Shown: positions 24,440-36,300 of the stretch, one piece after another | Layout of the letters: each line of letters starts with the position of its first letter | Numbering within the stretch: the first letter of the stretch is position 1 | Source of the DNA: Lingula anatina | Taxonomy: Eukaryota; Animalia; Brachiopoda | Direction of reading: 5' to 3' | Assembly: GCA_051362555.1 (NCBI GenBank) | Contig: CM120641.1 | Location: forward strand, 17,918,001-17,982,000 | Length of the DNA stretch: 64,000 nucleotides | Program-made: the position numbers and the translations under genes | Notes under the pieces: generated by a model | Seen by the model: the letters and a program-made list of their open reading frames with translations, nothing else | What the model was told of the DNA's origin: nothing | The model's database searches: none

Positions 24440-27400
24440 TTACATGCTGTTCAAATATGCTTCACATTTCTCATTGATCTCCTAAAGTTGGAATAAAAAA
24501 TAAAATAACTTTGAAGCAAAATTCAGAGGAGTCAACATAGCCTTTGATTATTTACCAGGGGCACTGATGCTAGATGATGATTTACTAGGCATGTTTTTGA
24601 GATTAAAAACAAAGCAGAATGACTAAACCTTTGTCTATAAAGAAATGCTGTTATTCCAGATATAAGAAATTATTTTTACCAGAATATGGCATTTAGAAGG
24701 AGTAAAGATGAGCAAGACGTATTTCCAATATTCAAAGATGAGACATTAATACAGATTCTCACCTTCAAACTCGCCAGATAGCACTGGTTATTTACATTAT
24801 GTTTCAGCACATCTCTCAATGCAGATGCTTTGGCCTGAAAGAAATAATGATAAACTATCAATTCTTGTATTTGAAACATCACTGTCAGCACACCTACCAC
24901 AATTCCAATTCATTTATAAATAACAACAATTTAGAATGTGAATTAATTTCTATTTTATATTACTAGTCTAGCCTGTCCACACTATATAAGTACTCTTTAA
25001 CATTGATTATTAACATATCAAAATTGGCTAAACTATCAAATTTCATCAGCCTAAATGCCTAAGTGAACAGCAGGTGGATGAAAACTTTGTTCTCTGATAA
25101 TACTAATAAAGAAGCAAAGTCTTAAGTAACATATGGACAGAAAATATCTAACATCACTAATCTTTTTAACAAACTGCCTTTTCAGTAATTGCTTGCAAAT
25201 TGCACACATCCAAATTATTTCCAATTTTTTTTCCTCAAGAACTGATCATTTTTATTAGTCAAAATAGGAGATTTTCTGACAAGAACTAAAGAAACTTTTT
25301 GATAGAATTTTAATCCCAACTTTTTGGGCATTACTTTAAAAATATTTTTTGGAATATTATCTAATTACCTGAGCTTCTTGACTTCTCTTCTTTATTTCTT
25401 CCTGGTCTAAATCCAATGGTTGTAATATAACTGTAAACAAAAGTAAATAAATAAATAAATCTGGAAAAAATCTCAAGCTTTGCTTATTTGATTAACAAAA
25501 ATTATTGACAAAACTTCTATTTCAAGTCTGTAAAGTAAAGACAACTGCTTCTAAAATCTTGCTCAGGTATTTAGTTTCATTAATAAATTACAAATAATAA
25601 ATAAAACACTACAAGTGTAGAAGTAAAATGCAGATCTATGAATACTTCTACTGAGTGCTACATAAGAAGTTAAACGTTCAAATAAGCAGCAAGTTGTAAT
25701 GTTCTACTAAGCTGTAAATCGCAAAAGTATTATTACACCTACCTGGATCTATATGACACTTTTCTAATTGAACTTCACAAGATGATCTGAATAAAAATAA
25801 AAATAAAAAGCATGAAACATAAGCACCAAAATCCTTTCTCTGAAACTAAATATATTTACAGGAGCCTTATAGATCCACAGGATCCAGACAGCACATCACA
25901 GAGTATTTAACTTACAGTTTATGGAACTTGTGAAGATTTCTATGTCTGATTTTTCTATATGTTGAAAAAAGGGTTGTTTTTTAAAAAGTTGCATGATTTT
26001 AACTCACATCCTATTCTTTAAGGAACTGTTCTCCATTGTCATGTCATTAAGATGATCTGGAAAAAGGTAGACCTCATGATCAGTATTATTCAATCACTGT
26101 TTCAAATTTATTAAGGTTTTTATCAATTCCATAAATTCTAATATCAAACATTTGCACAACTCTATACATATCAAATATCAACTTATTTACATTTTTTTTG
26201 CTATACACATTTTAAACACAATCTACAAATCGCACACAAGTACCTTTGATTTCCTTGTCTTTTTTCTTTCTCTCGTTCAGTTCATTATTCAAAGTACAAT
26301 TTTCTTTCTCAGCTTCTTCCAGTTTTGCCTGATTAAAATAAATTGCAAAAACTATGTACAGTACATAAGTCACACAGACAGGAGAGAAATGTGCGTATCA
26401 AAATGGAGTATACTTTACAACTAATCAGTCTTATTTTACTACTTAAATATATCATACCTAGAATCTCAACATTTTATGAGGTACACTATGAATTAAATAA
26501 TATTTTACCTGTATTTCTGCAAGGTCCTCCTTCAGTCTGGTCACCTCGGAGTGCTGCCAGGGACGGGTCCTGTTGGATTTCTTAATATCTGGTTTTATCT
26601 CAGGTTTACTTCTGCAATTAACAGATATGCCTTTAGAGCTTTTTTTAAAATTATCTACAACAGACTATGTTTAACCCAATTTATGGTGCACCATGAAATG
26701 ATTTCTCACCTTACCAACTCTGCTTTATATGTAATATATGTAAAAAAAAGTTTTTGTGTAGGTTAATTAGTTTATTACATAGTATGATAATTAGCTGATA
26801 AACATTTGTCTAAGCATAAGCATAGTTACATTTATGATTTAAATGAAGAGCTTCAAAACTGGGCATGCTTTTCAACTGGCCTCTCATATGGTAACACCAT
26901 AAATGACAGATGCATTTTACCCCTTATAATAAGCGATGGCTGGTAATTTTACCTCTTCAACTTACTTTGTGTCTTTGCTTTCTGATGTCATCTTAGCAGC
27001 CCCAGTAAAAGTGAAGTCTTTTTTCTTTCCAGGTGGAGATATCTTTATTCCAAACTTTGTATCTATTGTGGGTTGAAATTGGACTGTGCATTTCTTACTC
27101 TCTTGTGCTGGATTTTTCTTAGACAGAGGCATACTATCTGGGATTTGGAAAGGGGAGGATCCACTGGAAGAAGGTTTTCTCCTCTTCACGACACCAGGTG
27201 TCTGGTGGGGCTTAGATTTTGGTCCAGAAGGAGCCCGCTTTTTTACCTGGCTATCACTGCTACTCGAAACATTTACATCATTTTCCTTTAGTTTTAAATC
27301 ACTTTCATTTTGAAAGTTTGCAGACACATTTTTCAACCTTGAGGCCATGGTAGGTCTGGTCAGCCTGTCACTGACAGGTCCAGGTAAAACTGATCGCCGC

Positions 27401-27549
27401 CCCTGGTTTTTCTGCATTGTTGCAGATTGTTGACGTACATTTTCAACACTATTCTTACTTCCATCCTTAGCTGTACTACATGCATTTTCAATTTTCATTA
27501 ACCTTGGAATTGCTCGTCTTACTGGCCTTTTACTTTCTGCTGAAGACAT
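24440..27549 (-). CDS. Coiled-coil protein, 346 aa, resembling small kinetochore-associated protein (SKAP/KNSTRN)
   Basis: Coding exons 27549-26966, 26611-26509, 26328-26244, 26056-26008, 25786-25743, 25430-25369, 24834-24763, 24481-24440 splice in frame. Basic, Ser/Pro-rich disordered N-half with SxIP-like motifs (RAIP, SVLP). The C-terminal coiled coil is broken by CEVQLEKCHIDPV, similar to my recollection of SKAP CLAILESKGLDP. Non-coding exons end at 28156 (5') and start at about 24255 (3'). Confidence 0.7.
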
Positions 27550-28244
27550 GCTGAATTTGAACAGAAAATGCAGGAAAAGTTATTAGTGAGACTTCAGTTA
27601 TGTCTTCCTAGGTCCTTGCCTCCAATTTGTTTTTCACTTCTCAATCTGAAAACATGGGAAATGCATTAGTATACAGCATGATATGATTGTACAATTATAT
27701 GAATATGCACCACATTCTATTATAAAATTCTATAATTAACTTTTTAAAAATAGTTTTCATTATGCCACAGTATTCAATCATGTCTGTCAAACCAATAACA
27801 TTACAATCTCGAGACTGTTTCCAGCAAACTAAATAAGTACTGCAGTAAATTTTTCATTTGCTCAGGGTAGTCTCTATAACTCTATTTATACACAAGAGAG
27901 AGAGAGAGTGTGTGTGTGTGTGTGTGTGTGTGTGAGTGCGTGCGTGTATTTATCGGATCAAATTATCTATTTTCACATTTAAAACTGAATGTTCAATTAT
28001 TTATTACACACGAGATTGATAATTTAGACTAAGTGGTCTAGATAGTCAATGCCACATCTAAAAATAAAAAGGACGAACAAAAATTCCAATGTACCGTCCC
28101 TATTGACATTTACTTCTTTTTCAAATAATATTGCAGCATAACAACCTGCACATACCAGTGATGAGTTGGTGTTAATCATTAAATACCGGCACCAACAAAA
28201 CGGCTTCCGTGCACAAAATTACAGTTGAAAAGCCGTCAACATCA

Positions 28245-28470
28245 TTTGAAATTGGCGGCCGCCATGATTGTTTTAGTTATGATCCAAACCGATATTTTCA
28301 AAAAAATATGATTTGACCAGATTAAACTTTCTGCCCAATGACAAAAGATTGGAATATTTCATTTGAATTTAAAATTAATACATGTCAAATTGAGTAGTTA
28401 ATTATATGAATTTTATGATTACTATCATCATAACGCTAATACATATACATATTATCAACTGGATTGGGCT
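28245..28470 (-). promoter_or_regulatory. Cell-cycle-type TATA-less promoter (CHR, E2F/CDE-like, YY1, CCAAT boxes)
   Basis: TTTGAA at 28245 and 28362, TTGGCGG at 28252, ATGGCGGC on the minus strand at about 28258-28265, CCAAT/ATTGG at 28335, 28348 and 28463. Confidence 0.55.
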
Positions 28471-29779
28471 TATGATTCTCTCTAGCGGTAAATAGAAAAG
28501 CACTGCTAGAAAAGCAAGGGCCAAGACTGGCTTACACAAAAAGTTTAAAGATGGAAAACATTGTGAATGTTTCATTATGTGTTAAAACATTATAGAAATA
28601 AGGTGTTAAAACATCACAGCAAAAAATGAATAATCAACGATAGAAACTGTTAGAAAATTTAGGCCTAGTATTGCTACAGGAGGGCAGGCTAAAATAAAAT
28701 AGGTTGACATTGACACCTCTAACACAATGAAAAAAAAAAGTTACCCTTCTTTTTTCGGGTGCTGGTACACACGTTGCAATTAATTGGAAACTATTTTTCT
28801 TTAGTAGGTAATATTGAACGTTTTAAAATGTTCTGAAAATATCATTATGCCAATGCAGGCAAATATATATTAAGGCCTATTTATAAATATCGCTTTTTTG
28901 TGTCCCCTTTTAGTGATTACAGTTTATTTGCCAAAGTAATTCTAAAAAAATAAAATTAGACGACAGGTGGTTCTCTGGTGTTTACATAGTGATATATTCG
29001 GGGACAGATCAGGATAAGAGGTTAAGATATACACTGCAAAAGCACAGTAGTAGGAGCCCATATACGTCGGGCTGATACATTTGTTTTTGCCACCCCTCCC
29101 CATTTTAAACGACAAAACATTAATTTATTTACATTCATATACTTGAGTACATGTATTCAAAAGGGATTTATCATATGGCAACGTGTAACCTGAATTTTTC
29201 GTTGTCTAAAGTTCGGAAAAATATATAAAATATAAATGTTTTATTCATCCAAGTTCAAAGTAATTAAAACGGCTAATTAAAATTTTAATTATCCGTCATT
29301 GATTATATACAAAGTATAAAGTTATTCTAATTGCAGTTTCCAGGTTGCATCGTTTGATTGCAAACATTCTCGATCGCTTACAGGTCGTCTTTTTCATCTA
29401 GACTGGGAATTTACAGTTTAAAGAAAAGTGTCAGAACACTCATATTCAGTGCACAGCCACGCCTGGCCAACCTGCCACACCCCAACCCAGTGAGATTGTG
29501 AACGTCCTAGGTCACCAAACATGCGCGTATATCATTCCGCATATCCAGGTAACAATAACACTACCTTATAATGACCCCTAGAAGCACCAAAAATCCATAG
29601 GGCATACGAAATGATAGCCATACACTACGACTGAGCGTTAGGAGGACGAAAAGCACCTGCTTGTGTTTAGAAGAACGACAGTAACCCGGTGTTCAATTTA
29701 TCGCGGATGTATTCATGTTATTGACCTAACTTGAAAAACGGTTCTGAGGTCATTGGCTTGCAGGTGTGTGTAGTGTGTG

Positions 29780-29817
29780 AAATCAAGTGACAGTCTCAAC
29801 TTCAATACATATCACAG
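29780..29817 (+). other. Candidate non-coding first exon of the villin gene
   Basis: Strong donor CAG|GTATGT at 29817/29818 at the end of a CpG-richer region divergent from the SKAP-like promoter. The start coordinate is approximate. Confidence 0.4.
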
Positions 29818-32433
29818 GTATGTACGTATATATGCTTAAGTATCAGCGAAAAGTACGCATGACAACGTAAAATGCTGAAGAATAATAATTTTAGTCACGT
29901 CACACAACTGTTTTGTCATGAGTTTTGCTAAGCTAAAAGCGGTATAACCACTATACAATCTGTCATCGAAGAAGGGGGGCAGGGTAGCACGGGTTTTACA
30001 TTCACAAAATGGCTGAAATGCCACTATTCTGCACACATTGCCGGTTGTTAATCCGATTAATATGACAGGGTTAATAGCACTGGTCTAAAGCGTAAGGATA
30101 AAGAACCATACAGGTTTCATTCTTGATCATGACACCTGATTTGGTCTCCTTCACAGGTGAAAATGACGCTCACCTGTGGTTGCTGCGTATCGTGGTATGC
30201 CACTGGAGAAGGGTTGAATGAAATGTTAAGTGTATGGCCTCAGTGTCAGGTTTATTGCCCAATAAAGATTTATTTGCCAGCACTATAAAACTGCAGAAGA
30301 TGTGTTATGAATTAATTGCTACCTTTGGATACATGTACACATGTACTCATGGTTGCAGGGTGCTTGTAATATGCACATGCACAGCATATTTGATTATTGA
30401 ATGACCAATAAATAAGTCACATGTAGTGAATTATTAAATAATATTATTGATATAGGTGTAGATTCTGTAGATTGACCAGTGGTCAATGTCTAATATGCTT
30501 GACCAGCATATATTGTCTAAATTATTGCCAGCTAAAGCATGAGTGGATATGATTAAAATATTAATAAACAGAAGAGATGGGGGGGGGGGGGGCTATCTTT
30601 GTCTGATGGTTCATATATGCCCAGCTTGTAGTTACAATATTTTCATTGCTTTTTGAAAATTTGCATGTGAAATGTGCAGGACATATTAAATAGTTTGTTT
30701 GAGGAGGAAAAGAAAACTACCTTATGAATTTAAGAAATGATTCCCAGTGGAGTGAGGTTGGTAAGTGTACTAAACTGGACATGCTTATTTGCCATTGGTT
30801 TCAGAACAACCAGAAAATAAGGGCTGTAATAAGAGGTATGCTGGATGTTATTTTATTTTATTTTATTATTTTTTGTTTTTTAATTGTGTGGTCTTTATTG
30901 AGTTGATACATACAACAAGTTGTGAAATGTTGAGTTCACAGCCTCTGCCAGTAGTTTCAAACCAAGCAGCTAGGTTTACCCTCTATTGATCCAAATAAAA
31001 ATACTGGTCTTGAAAGATCTATATCTTTAATACTTGGAAGCCATGCCAGTTTATATATAATGGATTTTTTTTTGGTTTCAGCTGTGACTCTGGGTTGCAT
31101 TAGTTTGCAGATGAGATTGATGGAAAAATAAGTATATTAAATAGTAAAGTTACTGTCCAAATATCACTGAAGGCCTTATCATAAAGCTATCAGGTGAACT
31201 GAACAAATGTTTTGCTATTAAACAGAGCTTAACAGAGGTGGGTGTCAATATATGAATGAATGAATGGAAAAAGTTCAATGTTTTGTTCAATTGCTAGCAA
31301 GTCAGTAACAGTTTTTTTAAATAGGACTTCATCTTGTAAATATTTATTATTATTATTTTTATTTTTATTATTATTTTCTTTTTTTTAATTCAGACTTTTT
31401 ATGTAGCAAAGTTTTCTTTGGGGTGGGAGTGGGTCACCGTCAATATATAGGATTCAGTGAATGGATAAAATTGCATAAGATAAGATTTGGTGGCTGACTA
31501 ATATTATGAACATTGTTTTCCACCCACCCATCCCACCCTTAAGCCTGCTAGTTAGCTATCTATAAATAGGGCTTCAGGTTTGTTGATGGGCGTTGTCTCT
31601 CCATAAAAAATAGCTAAAATAGAGACTGCACATCATAATCCTTTGTCCTTTGCTTTTCTATAACATTCATAATTTCATTGTCACAAATGGTGAATTATCA
31701 AGAGATTGATGAGGAGTATCTGAAGGTCAGCTATGTTTGCTTAGTAAATTTTGTATTTTGGCATCAAGTATTATTCTATGCAGTAATTTACTACAGTCTA
31801 AGTGCTGAATTTAGCTGAGTATCTTTGACATGCGACAAGACTTCAAATTTAATATATTCATACAGGGTACATGCAGATGATATCATGTGTTCATAAAAAG
31901 CAGTCAGATTGATTATTTGACCTCAAGTTTTACTTTATGAATATCAACAATTTGTTGATATTTCTTTGCAATTACGAATGACGAAAATTATTAAAGCCCC
32001 CTCACTTGGCAGCGTCCTTTCTGCATCCTACAGTACGGCCCAGTTTGAGAATAAAAAAATATTAAAACTATATGTGCCGATAACTGGCCAATCTTTGAGC
32101 ATTCATTCTGCAACAATAGCAATGTGCGTGCCTCCTTTCTACGACCATAGCGATGCCAGTTTTATGGTTGCAGAAAGAATGCCGTCCAGTAAAGGATGGC
32201 TATAGAATAAGTACTTGTTTATTTATTGTTATTTATGCCAGGTTCCATTTTTTCTCAGTCAAATAATTATCATTATAATGCACACAATTCTTTTTGATGT
32301 AGTGCCCATAGTGTGAAACACTACAACAGTAGATAACAATATGGAAAAAATTCTTACTAGTAGATCATTTAGACTACTTTTTCTTAAGGAAGAAAAGGAA
32401 GCTTAAATTTTTTTGCACTGTCCACTCACATAT

Positions 32434-33030
32434 TGTAAAGGTCTTCGCTTTTCTGCCACCAGTGTACGGTTCTCTTACTTCGCTGCCACCAACAAAACAA
32501 GGTCTCTGTTTTGTAAACTTTATTTCTACGAATAACTCTCAACACAACTGTACATGTTTCTGTATCTTTTACTAAACACTGTCTCTATTCTTGCTGTACT
32601 GCTGTACTTCTAATTTAAACAACTGCAACTCAGCTACAATAAACTAACTGGAACTATATTGTGAAACTGACTCAAACTAAGTTGTGAAACTAAGTCTGAC
32701 ACTATACTCTCACTGAGTACTGCCACTATACTCTACAGTAACTGACCAACACTGCGTAGAGCAGCTGTATTTATAGGTTTCAAAAGTGGACGACCTTGAA
32801 TGGTTCACTGCTACTCTGACTGGCAGCCAGAGGAAAAGTGGACGGCCTTGAATGGTTGACCGCCAACCCCTCTACTGGACACCACAATCCCCTCTTTAGT
32901 AAACTGATACCACTTACAAGCCATTCCAACTTAAGGTTCAAAGTTCAACACACACAAGAATGTAAACAAAAGGCTACAGCTTACTGCAGCAACTTTACCA
33001 TGAATTTTAAGGCTATGTAAAATCGTTACA
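32434..33030 (-). repeat. 3' LTR
   Basis: Appears identical to 38853-39449 (offset 6419). Contains TATAAAT and AATAAA on the minus strand and a duplicated ~30-bp motif in U3 (about 32782 and 32834). Confidence 0.97.
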
Positions 33031-33042
33031 CTCTCCCCCCCT
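33031..33042 (-). other. Polypurine tract
   Basis: GGGGGGGAGAG-type purine run on the minus strand immediately before the 3' LTR. Confidence 0.9.
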
Positions 33043-33336
33043 AGGTTTGATCCCACCGGGGATCTGCCCAACTACTAAATCAGTTAAAACTAAAAATATT
33101 CTGAAACATTTAAGCAGTTAAAAATTCAGTCAGTTCATAAAGTTCATTCAATAGTTCAGTGTCACTTTGATTAATAAAATTACTCTAAAGTTCAACAATG
33201 ATAATCATTTTAAGTTCATAGTCTGATTCATAATAGTGTTCTCTTCAAAGTTCACTGTCTGATTATTAATAATGTTCACTTTAAAGTTCATTGTCTGATT
33301 AATAATAATGGTCACTTTAAAAGGTCATTGTCACAG

Positions 33337-36300
33337 TCAATCAGCAAATCTCTTGGGAGGTCTTCTTTTCCTTTGTGGTCTTCCCTCATTTCTCAAATTA
33401 CTGTCAGGTTGGTTCTTGGGTACTTGCACTTGTTTAGATTGGCCACTCTGCTTCATTCTGTGTTTGATGGCACTTCCTTCACGTTTCAGTGGACTGCCTT
33501 CTACATAATTACCTTTATGTAAACATTTCTGCAAACTGGACACCCAATCTGGAACTTGGTCACTTAAAAATGGCTTAAGACGGTCATGGTGCACGATCTT
33601 CATTTTACACTTAGGCTTGCCTTTCACTGCAAACAACAAATCACTGTGCTTTTTGACAACAACAAAAGGTCCTTGCCATTTATCACGTTTCAGCTTTGGG
33701 CTCAGTCCCACTGTTCTAGTGCTATCTAGTAAGTACACCAAGTCACCAACTTTATAGTTATTTTGCGAAATACGGGTGTCATGGTCTCTTTTCTGCCTTT
33801 GAAAGTCCTTTTTCAAATGCAATCTCACTATTTCATGAATTCTAGTCATTTTCTCTTGCAACATTTTGACATACTCTGAAGGAGACGTCACAGATCGGTC
33901 TTCTGGTGGTTTTCCAAAGATCAGTTCTGTAGCTGTGTGAACTTCTCTGCCTAACATAAGCAAATTAGGGGAATAACCAGTGCTTTCATGTTTACAGCAC
34001 CTGTATGCTGCAGTCAATAAAGGCAAATGAATGTCCCAATCCCGTTGGTCTTCTGACACGTAAGCTGATATCATGTCACATAACACAATATTGAATCTCT
34101 CCACCATTCCATTTCCTGAGGGATGATAGCTGGATGTTCGGGTTTTATTTATTTCTAATACTTGACATACTTGTTTGAATAACTGTGACTCATAGTTGCT
34201 ACCTTGGTCTGAATGGAGATCAAGGGGTAGGCCAAATCTAGAGAAAAACTCTGTCACTAGCTTGTGTGCTACAGTTTTAGCTGATATGTCAGGGATGGCA
34301 TAGCACTCCACCCATTTGGAAAACTGGTCCATTGCTAAAAGAATATATTTATTGCCTCTTTCACTGACTGGAAAAGGTCCTAAGATGTCTGTTGCCACTC
34401 TGTCCATGGGAGCGCCTACAGCATATCTTAGCAAAGGAGCCTTGGGTCTTGACCGTGGCCTTTTTCTCCCACCACAAATAGCACATCTTCTTATGTAATC
34501 TCGCACACTTTCTTTCATCTTGTACCAGTAGAAGTGTCTTTTCAACTTGCTCACTGTTTTCTTGACACCGAGGTGACCCGACGTGACTTTGTCATGTACG
34601 CCCTTCATCACCTCATTCCTCATCTCTTTCGGAACCAATATCTGTAAAAAGGAACCTGTCTTATCTAACGTTTCCCATCTCTTATATAAAATGCCCTCCT
34701 GCAGCACAAGTTGGTCCCAAAGCAACCATAACTGTCGTACTGCAGGACTTTCTGCGGCCACTTTATCTCTCTCTGGTCTCTGTGATGACTGTTCCTTCCA
34801 GTCCAGCACAGTCTTCAACTCAGGGTCTTTACACTGCAAATTAAACAATTCATTCACAGTGTAACTGCCCAGCCACTCGGCTGGAAGTCTATCTCTGTCA
34901 CTCTCAGATTCACTGAGATCTGTATCTTCATCACCATGAGAAAAATCTTGATCCTTGAATGTCAAGTTTTCTCTAGGCAGCACTTCCTTTTTCTTGGAAA
35001 CTCTCATCCTTCGAAGAGAAAGTGCTCTAACTTCCTTAAAGATACACTTGAATTTCATGGTCACCCAGCTCAGGATTGCAAAGAACAATGTCAGTAGGAT
35101 GTAAAGGCCTGTCAATAAAACTGAACAAGCTGCTGTATACACACGTTTTACTGGACATTTTCCTCGGTTTCCCGATGCTTGACCACTGCCGCAGACTCCA
35201 TTGTCTGATTTTAGTTCTTTCTTTTGGTTTTCTGTCGTTCTTCTTATAACTAACGGGACGACTTCTTCTTCCAGATATCTGGACCATTGTTCATGTTTCT
35301 TCTTACACTGTACGCAACCCTCGCATGGCAATTTGCTTAAAATGGACTCCCCATCATAGCATGTACACTCATCTGGGTCGCATGGAAATCTCGATATTGC
35401 ATCTGCGTTACCGTGTCTGGCCCCTGCTCGGTGTTCTATTTTAAAATCAAACTGTGATAGCACTTCCAGCCATCTGGCCATCTGATCATTGGGCTCCTTA
35501 AAGGACATAACCCATCGGAGGGCACTGTGATCGCTTCGTACCAAAAACTGTCTACCCAATAAATGGTGTCTGAATTGTTGAACAAAGGTAACAACGGCAA
35601 GCAGTTCTTTTCTAGTCACGCAGTAACGGCGTTGAGTTTTCGTCAATGACTTACTTGCATACGCGACTGGTTTCTCTATTTCTTTCTGGGTCTTCTCACA
35701 CCACTGTAACTGAGATAAAACGGCACCAATGCCCGTGGCTGAAGCATCAGTGTCGAGAATATACAATCCTTCGTCTCTCGGATACGCCATTACCTCATTA
35801 CCTGTAAGGGCACTTTTGAGGTCCTCAAATGCTGTCTGACAAGAGTCCGTCCAAGTAAACGCCTGGCCGGCCTGGAGCAGGTGATTAATCGGAGCAGCTC
35901 TTGTTGAAAATCCTTTAATAAATCTACGATAATACGAACACAGTCCTAGAAAACTACGTACATCAGTCAGATTCCTGGGAACTGGCCATTTCTTTATACA
36001 CTCTACCTTCTCAGGATCTGGTTTAACGCCATCTTGTGTCACTACATGTCCCAAAAACTGAACTTCAGTCTGGAACAACCTGCATTTGCTTGGTTTCAGT
36101 TTTAGTCCTGCTTTCCCAAGACGATTAAAAACCTCGTCAAGTCTCTTATAGTGTTCTTCAAATGATTTACCAAACACAATAATGTCATCAAGGTAAATCA
36201 ACACTGTCTGCCACTGCAAACCACGTAAAATCAGTTCCATACACCGTTCGAAGGTTGAAGGAGAATTAGAAAGACCAAAAGGCATAACATTATATTCGTA

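Noticed and set aside
32838-33020. 60-aa ORF duplicated at 39257
   Set aside because: Lies within the LTRs antisense to the element and starts at GTG; the duplication is explained by the LTRs.
33044-33336. Possible env or extra ORF after pol
   Set aside because: Only about 290 bp of AT-rich aaagttca-type repeats; no ORF on the element strand.
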